IMG/VR virus record: IMGVR_UViG_3300028586_000037
Location: 1-43,078 of that record
Source: a virus
Taxonomy: Duplodnaviria > Caudoviricetes
DNA: 43,078 nt
Reading direction: 5' to 3' (one strand)
In this document: positions 35,724 through 43,078 of the stretch, one piece after another
Numbering within the stretch: the first letter of the stretch is position 1
Layout of the letters: each line of letters starts with the position of its first letter
Position numbers and translations under genes: made by a program
Notes under the pieces: model-generated
What the model was told of the DNA's origin: nothing
The model's database searches: none
The model's input: the letters and a program-made list of their open reading frames with translations, nothing else

Positions 35724-36287
35724 TTAGCGGCTACTTTCTTGAGCGAAGGCATGGAACGTGAGGTAGAAAACGTTGAGAAATTCGCGTTTGGCATCGGCCG
35801 GGGGCAGTGGGCGCCAGCCCGGGTATTGGGGCGCCGGGGCTAGCCGGCTTAGTTCGCCCGACGTGGGCCAGGGCTTTTCACATTTGCCCAGCAGGCGGTT
35901 CTTTTCGAGCAGCAGCATGCGCTTATCCATCTGCTTGACCTCAGCCGGCAGGGTGGGCTCCAGGCCGAAGCGGCGCAGGATGGCGGCCAGCAAGTCGGCC
36001 TCGGCCTGGCGGTAGAAGGCGAACTCGGGACGCTGCTTGAGCGGCGTGGGCAGGTCAAGCAGGTAGGCCTCGGTGGCGTCGTGCAGCAGGGCGTAGGGTT
36101 GCAGCTCGGGCGCCAGCCGGGTGGCGACCTCCACCGAGTGCTGGGCCACCGAGTAGAAACTGCGCGTGTGGCCCGTGAAGCGGCACACGTTGCTGAGCGC
36201 ATGGGCAATGTCCTCAATGCAAATGAGGAACGGGTCGGGGGCAAACGGGTCGAAGGCCTTGCCGGTGGAGGTTTGAATCCAGCTCAT
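35724..36287 (-). CDS. HD-domain phosphohydrolase (YfbR/YfdR-like 5'-deoxynucleotidase)
   Basis: IEDIAHALSNVCRFTGH, YSVAQHS, LLHDATEAY, DLPTPLK. Confidence 0.88.
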   Translation of the reverse strand: MSWIQTSTGKAFDPFAPDPFLICIEDIAHALSNVCRFTGHTRSFYSVAQHSVEVATRLAPELQPYALLHDATEAYLLDLPTPLKQRPEFAFYRQAEADLLAAILRRFGLEPTLPAEVKQMDKRMLLLEKNRLLGKCEKPWPTSGELSRLAPAPQYPGWRPLPPADAKREFLNVFYLTFHAFAQESSR

Positions 36288-36514
36288 GCCGCTAGCCTCC
36301 CTTCCTGCCGTTCGAGTTCGCGGCCCACGTAGCGGCCCAGGTTGTAGAGGTCGGCTTCGTCGCAGTGCGTCAGGAACACGTCGTAGTAAGGCCGGTCTTC
36401 TACCGAGAAGGCCGTGGCCCCCACGAAGCTGGCCGTGGCGCAGGTGGCCAGGTAGCCTTCCACCAGGGGCAGTTCCTCGGCGGGGATGACGAAGGTGGTA
36501 TTTTGGCTAGCCAC
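36284..36514 (-). CDS. Hypothetical protein
   Basis: GTG start overlapping the upstream stop. Confidence 0.55.
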   Translation of the reverse strand: MASQNTTFVIPAEELPLVEGYLATCATASFVGATAFSVEDRPYYDVFLTHCDEADLYNLGRYVGRELERQEGRLAA

Positions 36515-36770
36515 GGTACTGGCCTCCTTCCAACACACGCATCGACGTATCGGCCAGCAGCTGGCGGCGGCCCAGTTCCTCGTGCACGACGAACTCGGTT
36601 TCCTCGCGCAGCTCCGGGCGCAGGCGGGTTACTTCGGCGGCTACGCGCTGGAGCTGGCAGGGCTTGGCAAAGCGCACCGCGTGCACCGGCATGTGGTGCT
36701 CGCGCACCTCCTGCAATTCTTTGAGATTAACGCGCCCCATTTTGGGGCGCGTTTTGTTGATGTACAGCAT
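36507..36770 (-). CDS. Hypothetical protein
   Basis: ATG preceded by TTTATCTCATC. Confidence 0.6.
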   Translation of the reverse strand: MLYINKTRPKMGRVNLKELQEVREHHMPVHAVRFAKPCQLQRVAAEVTRLRPELREETEFVVHEELGRRQLLADTSMRVLEGGQYRG

Positions 36771-36794
36771 GATGAGATAAAAAAGAAGAGTAGG

Positions 36795-37034
36795 TTAGCA
36801 GGCGAAGACGACCGCCGTGTGGGCGCCCGAGCGGGTGATGGTGGGGAACTGCCCGAGGTAGTCGCTGAAGGCCGCCAGCGCCTGGAGCTGGGCGGGGTCA
36901 ATCACCGTGCGCAGAATCCGCACCGTGGGCATTTCAAACTTGCTAGTAGCGGGCATCGCGTTGGCCTTCGATTCGAAAATGGCCTCCAGGGCTTGCTGGG
37001 TGATGGTTTTGATGGTGGTGGGCGTGTTGTCCAT
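36795..37034 (-). CDS. Hypothetical protein
   Basis: ATG preceded by TTTATCTCATC. Confidence 0.6.
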   Translation of the reverse strand: MDNTPTTIKTITQQALEAIFESKANAMPATSKFEMPTVRILRTVIDPAQLQALAAFSDYLGQFPTITRSGAHTAVVFAC

Positions 37035-37067
37035 GATGAGATAAATGGGGGTTGGGAAATGGGTGAG

Positions 37068-37304
37068 TTAGCAGGTGGCCAGTGCCTGCTGGATGACGGC
37101 CAGTGTATCGGTAGCGCGGGTGTGTTGCGCCTGCCAGTGGTCAACCCAGCCACTCTCCTCGGCCTGAAGCCGCTCGTCGGCTAGTCGCTGCACCTGACGC
37201 TCCACCGCTTTCCTGGCGAGGTTGAGGACCGCTACCCGCTCTAGGCCCTGCGAGTCGGCCACTAGGCGGTTGATGAGTTCAGTAGGAGAAACAAGCTGAG
37301 ACAT
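37068..37304 (-). CDS. Hypothetical helical protein
   Basis: Start MSQLVSP; early operon packing. Confidence 0.55.
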   Translation of the reverse strand: MSQLVSPTELINRLVADSQGLERVAVLNLARKAVERQVQRLADERLQAEESGWVDHWQAQHTRATDTLAVIQQALATC

Positions 37305-37308
37305 AGAC

Positions 37309-37536
37309 TTAAAAGAGAGAAGGTTGGGCACCCCGCATGAGCGCCGCGATTTGCTTTTGGGTGGCCTCGTAGGCGGCGCTGGCAGCCTCTTGGCGGGCTA
37401 TGAGGGGCTGCACCGTGTCGTGGTAGCCGGGCCCTTCCGGTACTTGGGCTTTGAGCTGGCCGGCCTCCAGCCGCTCAAAGCCTAGCCGGATTAGTTCGGC
37501 CCGCAGCTGCGATAGGTTGAGCGGCTGGGCTTGCAT
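37309..37536 (-). CDS. Hypothetical helical protein
   Basis: Start MQAQPL coupled (TAATG) to the upstream gene. Confidence 0.55.
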   Translation of the reverse strand: MQAQPLNLSQLRAELIRLGFERLEAGQLKAQVPEGPGYHDTVQPLIARQEAASAAYEATQKQIAALMRGAQPSLF

Positions 37537-37895
37537 TAGGCGGCTTGCTCGACGTGGCTGGCCTCCCCTGGGAAGAGCGGCAGGGCGCGGGGCGGCTGCT
37601 GCACCAGGTACTCGTAGCGGCACTCGCTGAGGTCGATTTCGGCGATGCCGGCGGGCACGGGGCCAAACCATTCCTCCTCGTGGGTGCGGCCCTCCTCGGC
37701 CGCCGTGCGCAGGGCGGGCGGCATGGTGCCGGCCACGTACGCCGTGAGCTTCTCGCCCTGGGGCCAGCAGCCCACCACGTCGAGCGGCTGGCCCAGGGGG
37801 ATGAGGCGGGTGCCGGGCTCCAGGCTGGGCACCCGGATGCGGGTGGTGGCCATCGTGCCAGTCAGCGAGACAGCGCCGCGATGCGTGACTTTCAT
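37536..37895 (-). CDS. Hypothetical protein
   Basis: Co-directional early ORF. Confidence 0.55.
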   Translation of the reverse strand: MKVTHRGAVSLTGTMATTRIRVPSLEPGTRLIPLGQPLDVVGCWPQGEKLTAYVAGTMPPALRTAAEEGRTHEEEWFGPVPAGIAEIDLSECRYEYLVQQPPRALPLFPGEASHVEQAA

Positions 37896-37928
37896 AAGGT
37901 GTTGAGGTAAAGGGTGAAAGGGATAGTA

Positions 37929-38228
37929 TTAGTTGGTGCCCTGGATAAATTCACGCATTGCCCCCACCGTGCGCAGGTGGCCAGATAGTACCTGCATGCT
38001 ACCCAGCAGGATGGCCGAGTGGCCCTGCGTTTCGGGGTGTTTGCCCATGTCGCTCACGAAGCTGTTCCAGGCGTCGATGACCTGCTCGGCCTCAGCCATA
38101 GGCACCACGGCGTGCCGGATGCGCTGACCGAGTTGGGCTAGCGGGTTGGTCTTCTGTGGCTCCAGGTAAGCCAGGGCGCGGTCTTTCGCCCATTGCATGT
38201 GGTCGGCGCGGGTTTTGGTGGTTGGCAT
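37929..38228 (-). CDS. Phage hypothetical protein
   Basis: 99-aa ORF, TRADHMQWAKDRALAYL...SDMGKHPET. Confidence 0.65.
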   Translation of the reverse strand: MPTTKTRADHMQWAKDRALAYLEPQKTNPLAQLGQRIRHAVVPMAEAEQVIDAWNSFVSDMGKHPETQGHSAILLGSMQVLSGHLRTVGAMREFIQGTN

Positions 38229-38272
38229 GGGGTAGTAGTTGGGGTAGGCCCGATGAGATAAATGCGAGAGTG

Positions 38273-38518
38273 TTAGGCAGTCACGGCTGCATCCTGCTCA
38301 GCCGGTTCCGGCAGCAGGTGGGCAGGTATTTCGAAGTCGGGTAGGGTGAGGCGCACCATCGCCACGAGGTCGGCCAGGCTGATGGTCTTACCGGCCTTCA
38401 CATTCTGCCAGCGCGAGAGCGTGCCGCCCTCCTTTTTGGCCAGCATCTGGGCGGCGTAGTAGGGTAGCTTCTCACAGATGAGGGCTAGTAGGCTGAAGTA
38501 TTTCTCGCGCTCGGTCAT
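38273..38518 (-). CDS. Cro-like/early regulator
   Basis: 81 aa, first gene divergent from the repressor; HTH-like LAKKEGGTLSRWQNVKAG. Confidence 0.55.
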   Translation of the reverse strand: MTEREKYFSLLALICEKLPYYAAQMLAKKEGGTLSRWQNVKAGKTISLADLVAMVRLTLPDFEIPAHLLPEPAEQDAAVTA

Positions 38519-38642
38519 CGTGTTTGGACGATTTCACAGCGGGGTGCTTTACTTGCTGTGAAGATGGTACAAACATAACGTACTAGCTTCCATAGTAGAG
38601 CATACTTCGGAAGCAAAAACAATAAATTAGCTTCCCTAATAG
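38519..38642. promoter_or_regulatory. Immunity region: leftward promoter and operator-like repeats
   Basis: Minus-strand TATGTTTG -7 box (38570-38577); repeats TAGCTTCCaTAgTAG (38584-38598) and TAGCTTCCcTAaTAG (38628-38642); inverted GGAAGC (38609-38614). Confidence 0.65.
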
Positions 38643-39067
38643 TGCAAACCACTATCAATCAGAGAATAAAGTTTTTGCTAGAAAACTTCGGGTTAAGCGC
38701 CAGAAATTTTGGCAAGGCTATCGGAGTGGCCGAAAACACCACTCAGAACTACTTGGAGCCTCGGCTAGCCCAGCCCAAAGCAGATTACTTAGAACGGGTC
38801 TTGCTGCACTTCGAAAGCATAAATGCGCGCTGGCTGCTGACTGGCCAAGGCGAGCCATTCTTATCTAATCCTCCTACTGAAGCATCTAATACTGCCTCAA
38901 GTAATAAGAAAATTTCGCGCAGCTTTTTGACCGGCAACGTCGGCCGCGATGCCATCCATAACCAAGGCGTATCGGGCAATGAGCAGGCGCTAAAGCGTGA
39001 GATTGAATTGCTGCAAGGGCAGCTCGCTGATAAAGAGCGAACAATACAGATTCTCCTATCAAAGTAG
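38642..39067 (+). CDS. CI-like XRE repressor
   Basis: N-terminal HTH (LSARNFGKAIGVAENTTQNY), INARWLLTGQG motif, C-terminal coiled coil; no S24 peptidase domain. Confidence 0.82.
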   Translation: MQTTINQRIKFLLENFGLSARNFGKAIGVAENTTQNYLEPRLAQPKADYLERVLLHFESINARWLLTGQGEPFLSNPPTEASNTASSNKKISRSFLTGNVGRDAIHNQGVSGNEQALKREIELLQGQLADKERTIQILLSK

Positions 39068-39102
39068 CAAAAACACAGCCTAGCCACTCTCCCACCCTAG
39101 CT

Positions 39103-39435
39103 ATGCCTGACAAATACAAGAGAAGCCCCCGCATTGGCAATGTGCGACGCGATGCCATTCTCAATATCTATGAAGCACCAATCACCCCGCCCAGCCAGCC
39201 CTTCCGCCCGGGCCGGTGGCTCTATGGCATCGCCGCCGCACTGGCGCTAGGCGGCGGCACCTTCGTCACCACGCAGCTCAACGCCCGCCCGGTGTATTAC
39301 TGCACCAGCCACAACAGCGTGAAGTACCACACCGATGCTACCTGCTCACACCTGAAGGCCTGCGGGGCTACCGTGCGCAGCATGCCGTTGGGCAAGGCCC
39401 GCGAGAAGATGCAACTCTGCAAATCGTGCCACTAG
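39103..39435 (+). CDS. Membrane-anchored protein with Cys/His metal-binding domain
   Basis: One TM, then YYCT...KYHTDATCSHLKAC...CKSC. Confidence 0.7.
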   Translation: MPDKYKRSPRIGNVRRDAILNIYEAPITPPSQPFRPGRWLYGIAAALALGGGTFVTTQLNARPVYYCTSHNSVKYHTDATCSHLKACGATVRSMPLGKAREKMQLCKSCH

Positions 39436-39438
39436 CTT

Positions 39439-40251
39439 ATGAAAGCTCTTTTTACTCTTCTTTTACTAGGCTCTGCTACTGCCTGCTTTGCCCAGTCAGA
39501 TTATACCTATGTGGTTGAAGCACCGACGAAACTAGGCGACGAGTCAGTGCCGGCCTACCGCACCCTCGCCGATACTGCTGGCAAGCCATTCAGTAAACTA
39601 TTTGCGCACTCTATAGTGCACGTAGTCGGGCGCCTGGGTAGCCGCTGGGCTGTAGTGCGGAAGGCAGACACCGAGTACATCATCCGCACCAGCCAAATGC
39701 CCTCAGATGCCCAGCAAGTAGTAGCTGGGGCGCTTACTGTCAAAGCAATTCCTTTTGACCCAGCTACGAGCAGGATTCTCTATACAGAAGTAGTACAAGC
39801 TCTTGGCGCCAGCCAAACCGAACTCTATACCCGCGCCAAACTTTGGTTTGCCAGCACCTTCAAATCGGCGAAAGCCGTGGTGCAGGCGGATGAGAAGGAT
39901 GCTGGCGTTATCCAAGGCACTGCTTTCCAAGATGTTTACGTTAGCACGGGGGCCTTTACTTATACAGAAAAGCTTTGGTACACAGTAAAAATGGTACTCA
40001 GAGATGGGCGCTATAAGTACGAAATCAGCGATTTTCGCATGCAGGGCTACCCTAGCCAATACAATCTAAATCCAGGTGAACCTACCCCTGCTGAAGGTTA
40101 CATCAGCATTGACCAAAAGAAGGGCATGACGCTTAATCTCGCCCGTTCAGCTGGCCGCGCTATTGCCCAGGCTGGAAATGCCTTGTCAACTTCCATTACT
40201 GATGGTATGAGCAAACCCGCCGCTGGCACCGCCGCCGGCAAGGATTGGTAA
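39439..40251 (+). CDS. Exported protein, SH3-like plus DUF4468-like domain
   Basis: Signal peptide; SQTELYTRAKLWFASTFKSAKAVVQ...RDGRYKYEISDF. Confidence 0.7.
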   Translation: MKALFTLLLLGSATACFAQSDYTYVVEAPTKLGDESVPAYRTLADTAGKPFSKLFAHSIVHVVGRLGSRWAVVRKADTEYIIRTSQMPSDAQQVVAGALTVKAIPFDPATSRILYTEVVQALGASQTELYTRAKLWFASTFKSAKAVVQADEKDAGVIQGTAFQDVYVSTGAFTYTEKLWYTVKMVLRDGRYKYEISDFRMQGYPSQYNLNPGEPTPAEGYISIDQKKGMTLNLARSAGRAIAQAGNALSTSITDGMSKPAAGTAAGKDW

Positions 40252-40252
40252 A

Positions 40253-40272
40253 CGCTTACCATTTGCTTACCA
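40253..40272 (+). repeat. Integrase arm-type binding sites (right)
   Basis: CGCTTACCA-ttt-GCTTACCA, matches 525-544. Confidence 0.75.
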
Positions 40273-40310
40273 TTTTCGACGTTTGTGCCTGAGCACTAGG
40301 GTACTCTCCT

Positions 40311-40328
40311 ACTCCGGCTCCGGGTACT
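40311..40328 (+). repeat. attR core (18 bp)
   Basis: ACTCCGGCTCCGGGTACT, identical to 422-439. Confidence 0.95.
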
Positions 40329-40353
40329 GAGGCCACTAAGATGGCTCAGGACT

Positions 40354-40396
40354 GCAAAAAGGCCCTTTCTCATGCGTGAGAAAGGGCCTTTTTTGC
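40354..40396 (+). terminator. Terminator that followed the tRNA before prophage insertion
   Basis: GCAAAAAGGCCCTTTCTCA-TGCG-TGAGAAAGGGCCTTTTTTGC. Confidence 0.85.
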
Positions 40397-40447
40397 TTTC
40401 TACCTACCCCACCGCTAACCATTTACTGACCAAGAAATTTCCAGATG

Positions 40448-40750
40448 CTGGCCTACCTCCAGGACGCGCATGAGGAGGGCACCGGCAAGTTTGCCGACTA
40501 TACCAATTAATATGAGAACCGGGTGCTGAGGGCCAGCGGCCAGCAGCTGGGCCTCGAAACGCGCCTGAACCACCACGTCGGCCGCGAAACGTTTGCCCCC
40601 GAATTCATCCGGCACGGGGGCACGGTGCAGGTGCTGCAAAAGCTGCTGGGCCATTCGAAGATTGCCACCACGATGAAGTACGTGCATGTCGATGAGCAGA
40701 TGATGACTGAATCTATTGCCGCCCTGGATGCGAAGAAAGCCACGTACTAG
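40448..40750 (+). pseudogene. Truncated integrase relic, paralog of 577-1827
   Basis: LAYLQDAHEEG...DYTN*YENR...HHVGRETFA...TMKYVHVD; in-frame TAA at 40508-40510; N-terminal three quarters missing. Confidence 0.88.
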
Positions 40751-40841
40751 TGGCTTTGGGTAAAAGTTGGGGCCTAGCAGTAAACACGCGGAGTGCCTAC
40801 TGCTATGCCCCAACTTCTATTTAGCTATTCTGAAGCGTCCG

Positions 40842-41858
40842 TTAGGGTAGCGCTACCCGAATCACGATTTTGCCAAATCCTCCCCGGCCCTGGTGTTCGT
40901 AAGCGGCTTTGGCTTGGTCAAAGGGATACACCGTGTCGATGACGGGTTGAATGTGGTGCTGCGCCAGGGCCTGGTTCATTTCCTCGAACGCTTGGCGGTG
41001 GCCCACGGCGATGCCCTGAATCCGCACCTTGCGGAAGATGACGTTCATCAGGTTCAGCTGGGCGGTCTGGCCTTGCAGGAACCCCACCACGGCCACTTGC
41101 CCTTCGGGCCGCGTCGCTTGAATAGATTGGTTCAGGCCGTCGCCGCCGACCACTTCCAGCACCTGGTCTACCCCCCGGCCATTCGTCAACGCGAGCACCA
41201 CGTTTTCCCAATCCGGCTGCCGCACGTAGTTAATGACCTCATCCGCTCCGAGGGCTTTCACCCGTTCACCTTTGGCATCGCTGCTCGTGAGCACGATAAC
41301 CCGCGCCCCGAGCGCCCTGGCAATCTGCACGCCAAAGAGGGCCACGCCGCCCGTGCCCTGAATCAAAACCGAGTCGCCGGCCTGCAACTTTCCGTAGTGC
41401 ACGAGGGAAAACCAAGCCGTGAGGGCCGCAATGGGCAGCGTCGCCGCTTCCTCGTCCGTCATGTTGGCCGGCGCGGCCACGGCAGACTCTTCGTGGATAA
41501 TCATGTATTCGGCCAGCCCACCCGGCAGGGGGGCGCCGAAACAATAAGCTGGCTCGTCGGGTGCCGCCTCCCCGGCTAGCCAGTGGGAGTACAGGTGGGA
41601 GGTTACCCGGTCGCCGACCTTAAAGCGGGTAACGGCCGCCCCGACCTGCACCACCTCGCCGGCGGCATCCGAAACCGGAATCAGGGGCTTAGGAATCATC
41701 TGCGGCTCGTAAATGCCATCGACAATGGCCTTATCGCGGAAATTGAGGGAGACCGCCCCCACCCGGATAAGCAGGTCGTGGGGGCCAGGAGTAGGAGTGG
41801 GCACCTCGCCTAGGCGGAGGTTTTCCAGGCCGAAGTCGTGCAATTGCCAGGCTTTCAT
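40842..41858 (-). CDS. MDR-superfamily (zinc-type alcohol dehydrogenase-like) oxidoreductase
   Basis: VSLNFRD, LIPVSDAAGEV, LIQGTGGVALFG, FGKIVI; start MKAWQL. Confidence 0.9.
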   Translation of the reverse strand: MKAWQLHDFGLENLRLGEVPTPTPGPHDLLIRVGAVSLNFRDKAIVDGIYEPQMIPKPLIPVSDAAGEVVQVGAAVTRFKVGDRVTSHLYSHWLAGEAAPDEPAYCFGAPLPGGLAEYMIIHEESAVAAPANMTDEEAATLPIAALTAWFSLVHYGKLQAGDSVLIQGTGGVALFGVQIARALGARVIVLTSSDAKGERVKALGADEVINYVRQPDWENVVLALTNGRGVDQVLEVVGGDGLNQSIQATRPEGQVAVVGFLQGQTAQLNLMNVIFRKVRIQGIAVGHRQAFEEMNQALAQHHIQPVIDTVYPFDQAKAAYEHQGRGGFGKIVIRVALP

Positions 41859-41982
41859 GCTACTAGTGTCAAAAGGGTAAGCGCCCGGCCGACGCGGTCG
41901 GGCTTGCCTTGTACCCGACAAAGGTCCCGTGCTGCCAGCCTGCCCGAAGATGAACTAGGTCAATAAATGCGGGGCGGCCGGC

Positions 41983-42573
41983 TTACCCTTTCTTGGCCCC
42001 ACTCCGGCTTCGCAGCCGCGAGAGAAACTCCTTGCTCATGCCCAGGTACGAGGCGATGATGTACTGCGGGAGCCGCTGCACCACGGCCGGGTAGGCGGTC
42101 CGAAACTCCTCGTAGCGCTCTTCGGCCGTGCGGGTTAGGGCCGCAGTTAGCCGGCGCTGGTAGTACGCCGCCGCCCGTTCTGCCTGTAGCCGAAAGAGCG
42201 TTTCGTAGCGGCGATTGCCGTGCATGAGGCGCTGCTCGGTGGCGAAATCCAGTTGGAGCACGGTGCTGTCTTCGAGTGCCACGACGTACATCGTCGCCGG
42301 CAGTTGGGAGCGGTAGCTGGTGAGGTCGGTAATCCACCAATCCTCGATAGCGAAGTGCATGGTATGCTCTACTCCCGCTGGGTCAACGACATAAGACTGA
42401 AAAGCACCTTGTAAGACATACAGGCGATGGGCGGCTACTACCCCCGGCTGCACGAGCAATTCCCGTTTCTTGACCTGGCGCAGGGTACAGGCGGCCGTGA
42501 GTTCGACCACCTCGTCGGTGCTCAAGCCCGGCATCTGCCGTGCTAGGTGTTGGTGAAATTGAGCAAGGTCCAT
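41983..42573 (-). CDS. Crp/Fnr-family transcriptional regulator
   Basis: cNMP-binding-like domain plus IASYLGMSKEFLSRLR HTH. Confidence 0.9.
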   Translation of the reverse strand: MDLAQFHQHLARQMPGLSTDEVVELTAACTLRQVKKRELLVQPGVVAAHRLYVLQGAFQSYVVDPAGVEHTMHFAIEDWWITDLTSYRSQLPATMYVVALEDSTVLQLDFATEQRLMHGNRRYETLFRLQAERAAAYYQRRLTAALTRTAEERYEEFRTAYPAVVQRLPQYIIASYLGMSKEFLSRLRSRSGAKKG

Positions 42574-42776
42574 GCAGGTGATTGGCTAGGCAGCGAGCAC
42601 CGCAAAGCTACCTAGCATTGCGAGGGCGGCACCGAGTAGAGTTTTGCGCATGATGGGGGAAAGTTGAATTACCGGATTCCGGCCGCAATCTCCCCAGCAA
42701 TTGCCACTTAGAAAAGTCCGAAAAGAGCCCCGCCAGCCCAGGGCCAGCGGGGCTAGCCCGATGAGATAAACGCGAC

Positions 42777-43078
42777 CTAACCACGCTGACCAGGGTGTTC
42801 AGGCTGGGCCGGCTGCCGGAAGATGGAGAGTTGGTTGGTGGTGTGCTTGGCCATGCGGTTGCTGGCCTGGCGGATTTTGAAGTCGAGCATCGGGTATTCC
42901 TGAAAGAGCGGCTCGGCCTGGAGCTGGGCCTTGATTTCCTCGCAGCGGTCGAGCAGGCGGGCTTTCTCGCGTACCTCCTGGCCGATGCGCTGGCCGTGGG
43001 CATAGGGTACTTCTTCGATTGCGCTTAATGATTTTAGCCGAAGCCCGCCGCCTGGGTATCGCCTAGCCTCCCCTACTG
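42777..43078 (-). CDS. 3' end of a hypothetical protein running off the window edge
   Basis: Open minus-strand frame ...EKARLLDRCEEIKAQLQAEPLFQEYPMLDFKIRQASNRMAKHTTNQLSIF...; followed by hairpin 42726-42754. Confidence 0.4.
   Translation of the reverse strand, partial: VGEARRYPGGGLRLKSLSAIEEVPYAHGQRIGQEVREKARLLDRCEEIKAQLQAEPLFQEYPMLDFKIRQASNRMAKHTTNQLSIFRQPAQPEHPGQRG

Larger units (their letters stand above)
422..40328. mobile_element. Temperate prophage (~39.9 kb), probably siphovirus morphotype, integrated in tRNA-Leu
   Basis: att direct repeats, integrase, repressor, primase-helicase, terminase, portal, capsid, protease, tape measure and lysis genes; no sheath gene recognised. Confidence 0.95.

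Noticed and set aside
40523-40750. 75-aa ORF as a functional recombinase
   Set aside because: Lacks the first catalytic Arg region and DNA-binding domains, and has an upstream in-frame stop; treated as a pseudogene
42695-42706. GCAATTGCC as another late-promoter copy
   Set aside because: Outside the prophage, imperfect palindrome, and no TGTCCTTTC box at the required spacing

Overview
High-GC Bacteroidota DNA; a Hymenobacter-like host is inferred from TAnnTTTG promoters, SprB repeats and DUF4468-like genes. Almost the whole window is an apparently intact ~39.9 kb temperate prophage (422-40328) integrated at the 3' end of tRNA-Leu(CAA). It has an exact 18-bp att duplication and paired GCTTACCA arm-type sites at both ends. 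From right to left it carries: a CI/Cro-type immunity region; small early genes (HD hydrolase, ASCH-like, HNH); a ~1030-aa primase-helicase followed by an iteron origin (11 ACCTACA copies); and a late region in unusual order (candidate activator, tail-tube paralog, tail fibres, S49 protease/scaffold, capsid, tail tube, terminases, portal, lysis cassette, tail tip, tape measure last). A serine resolvase with a res-like site and the tyrosine integrase lie at the left end. The strongest unexplained signals are (i) six copies of a fixed-spacing promoter-like motif (TGTCCTTTC...TTYG, often with GGCAATTGCC) heading every late module, and (ii) origin iterons repeated on the integrase start codon. Right of attR lie a decayed integrase of a related older element, an MDR oxidoreductase and a Crp/Fnr gene. 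All protein assignments come from motifs and synteny read by eye; no database searches were run.
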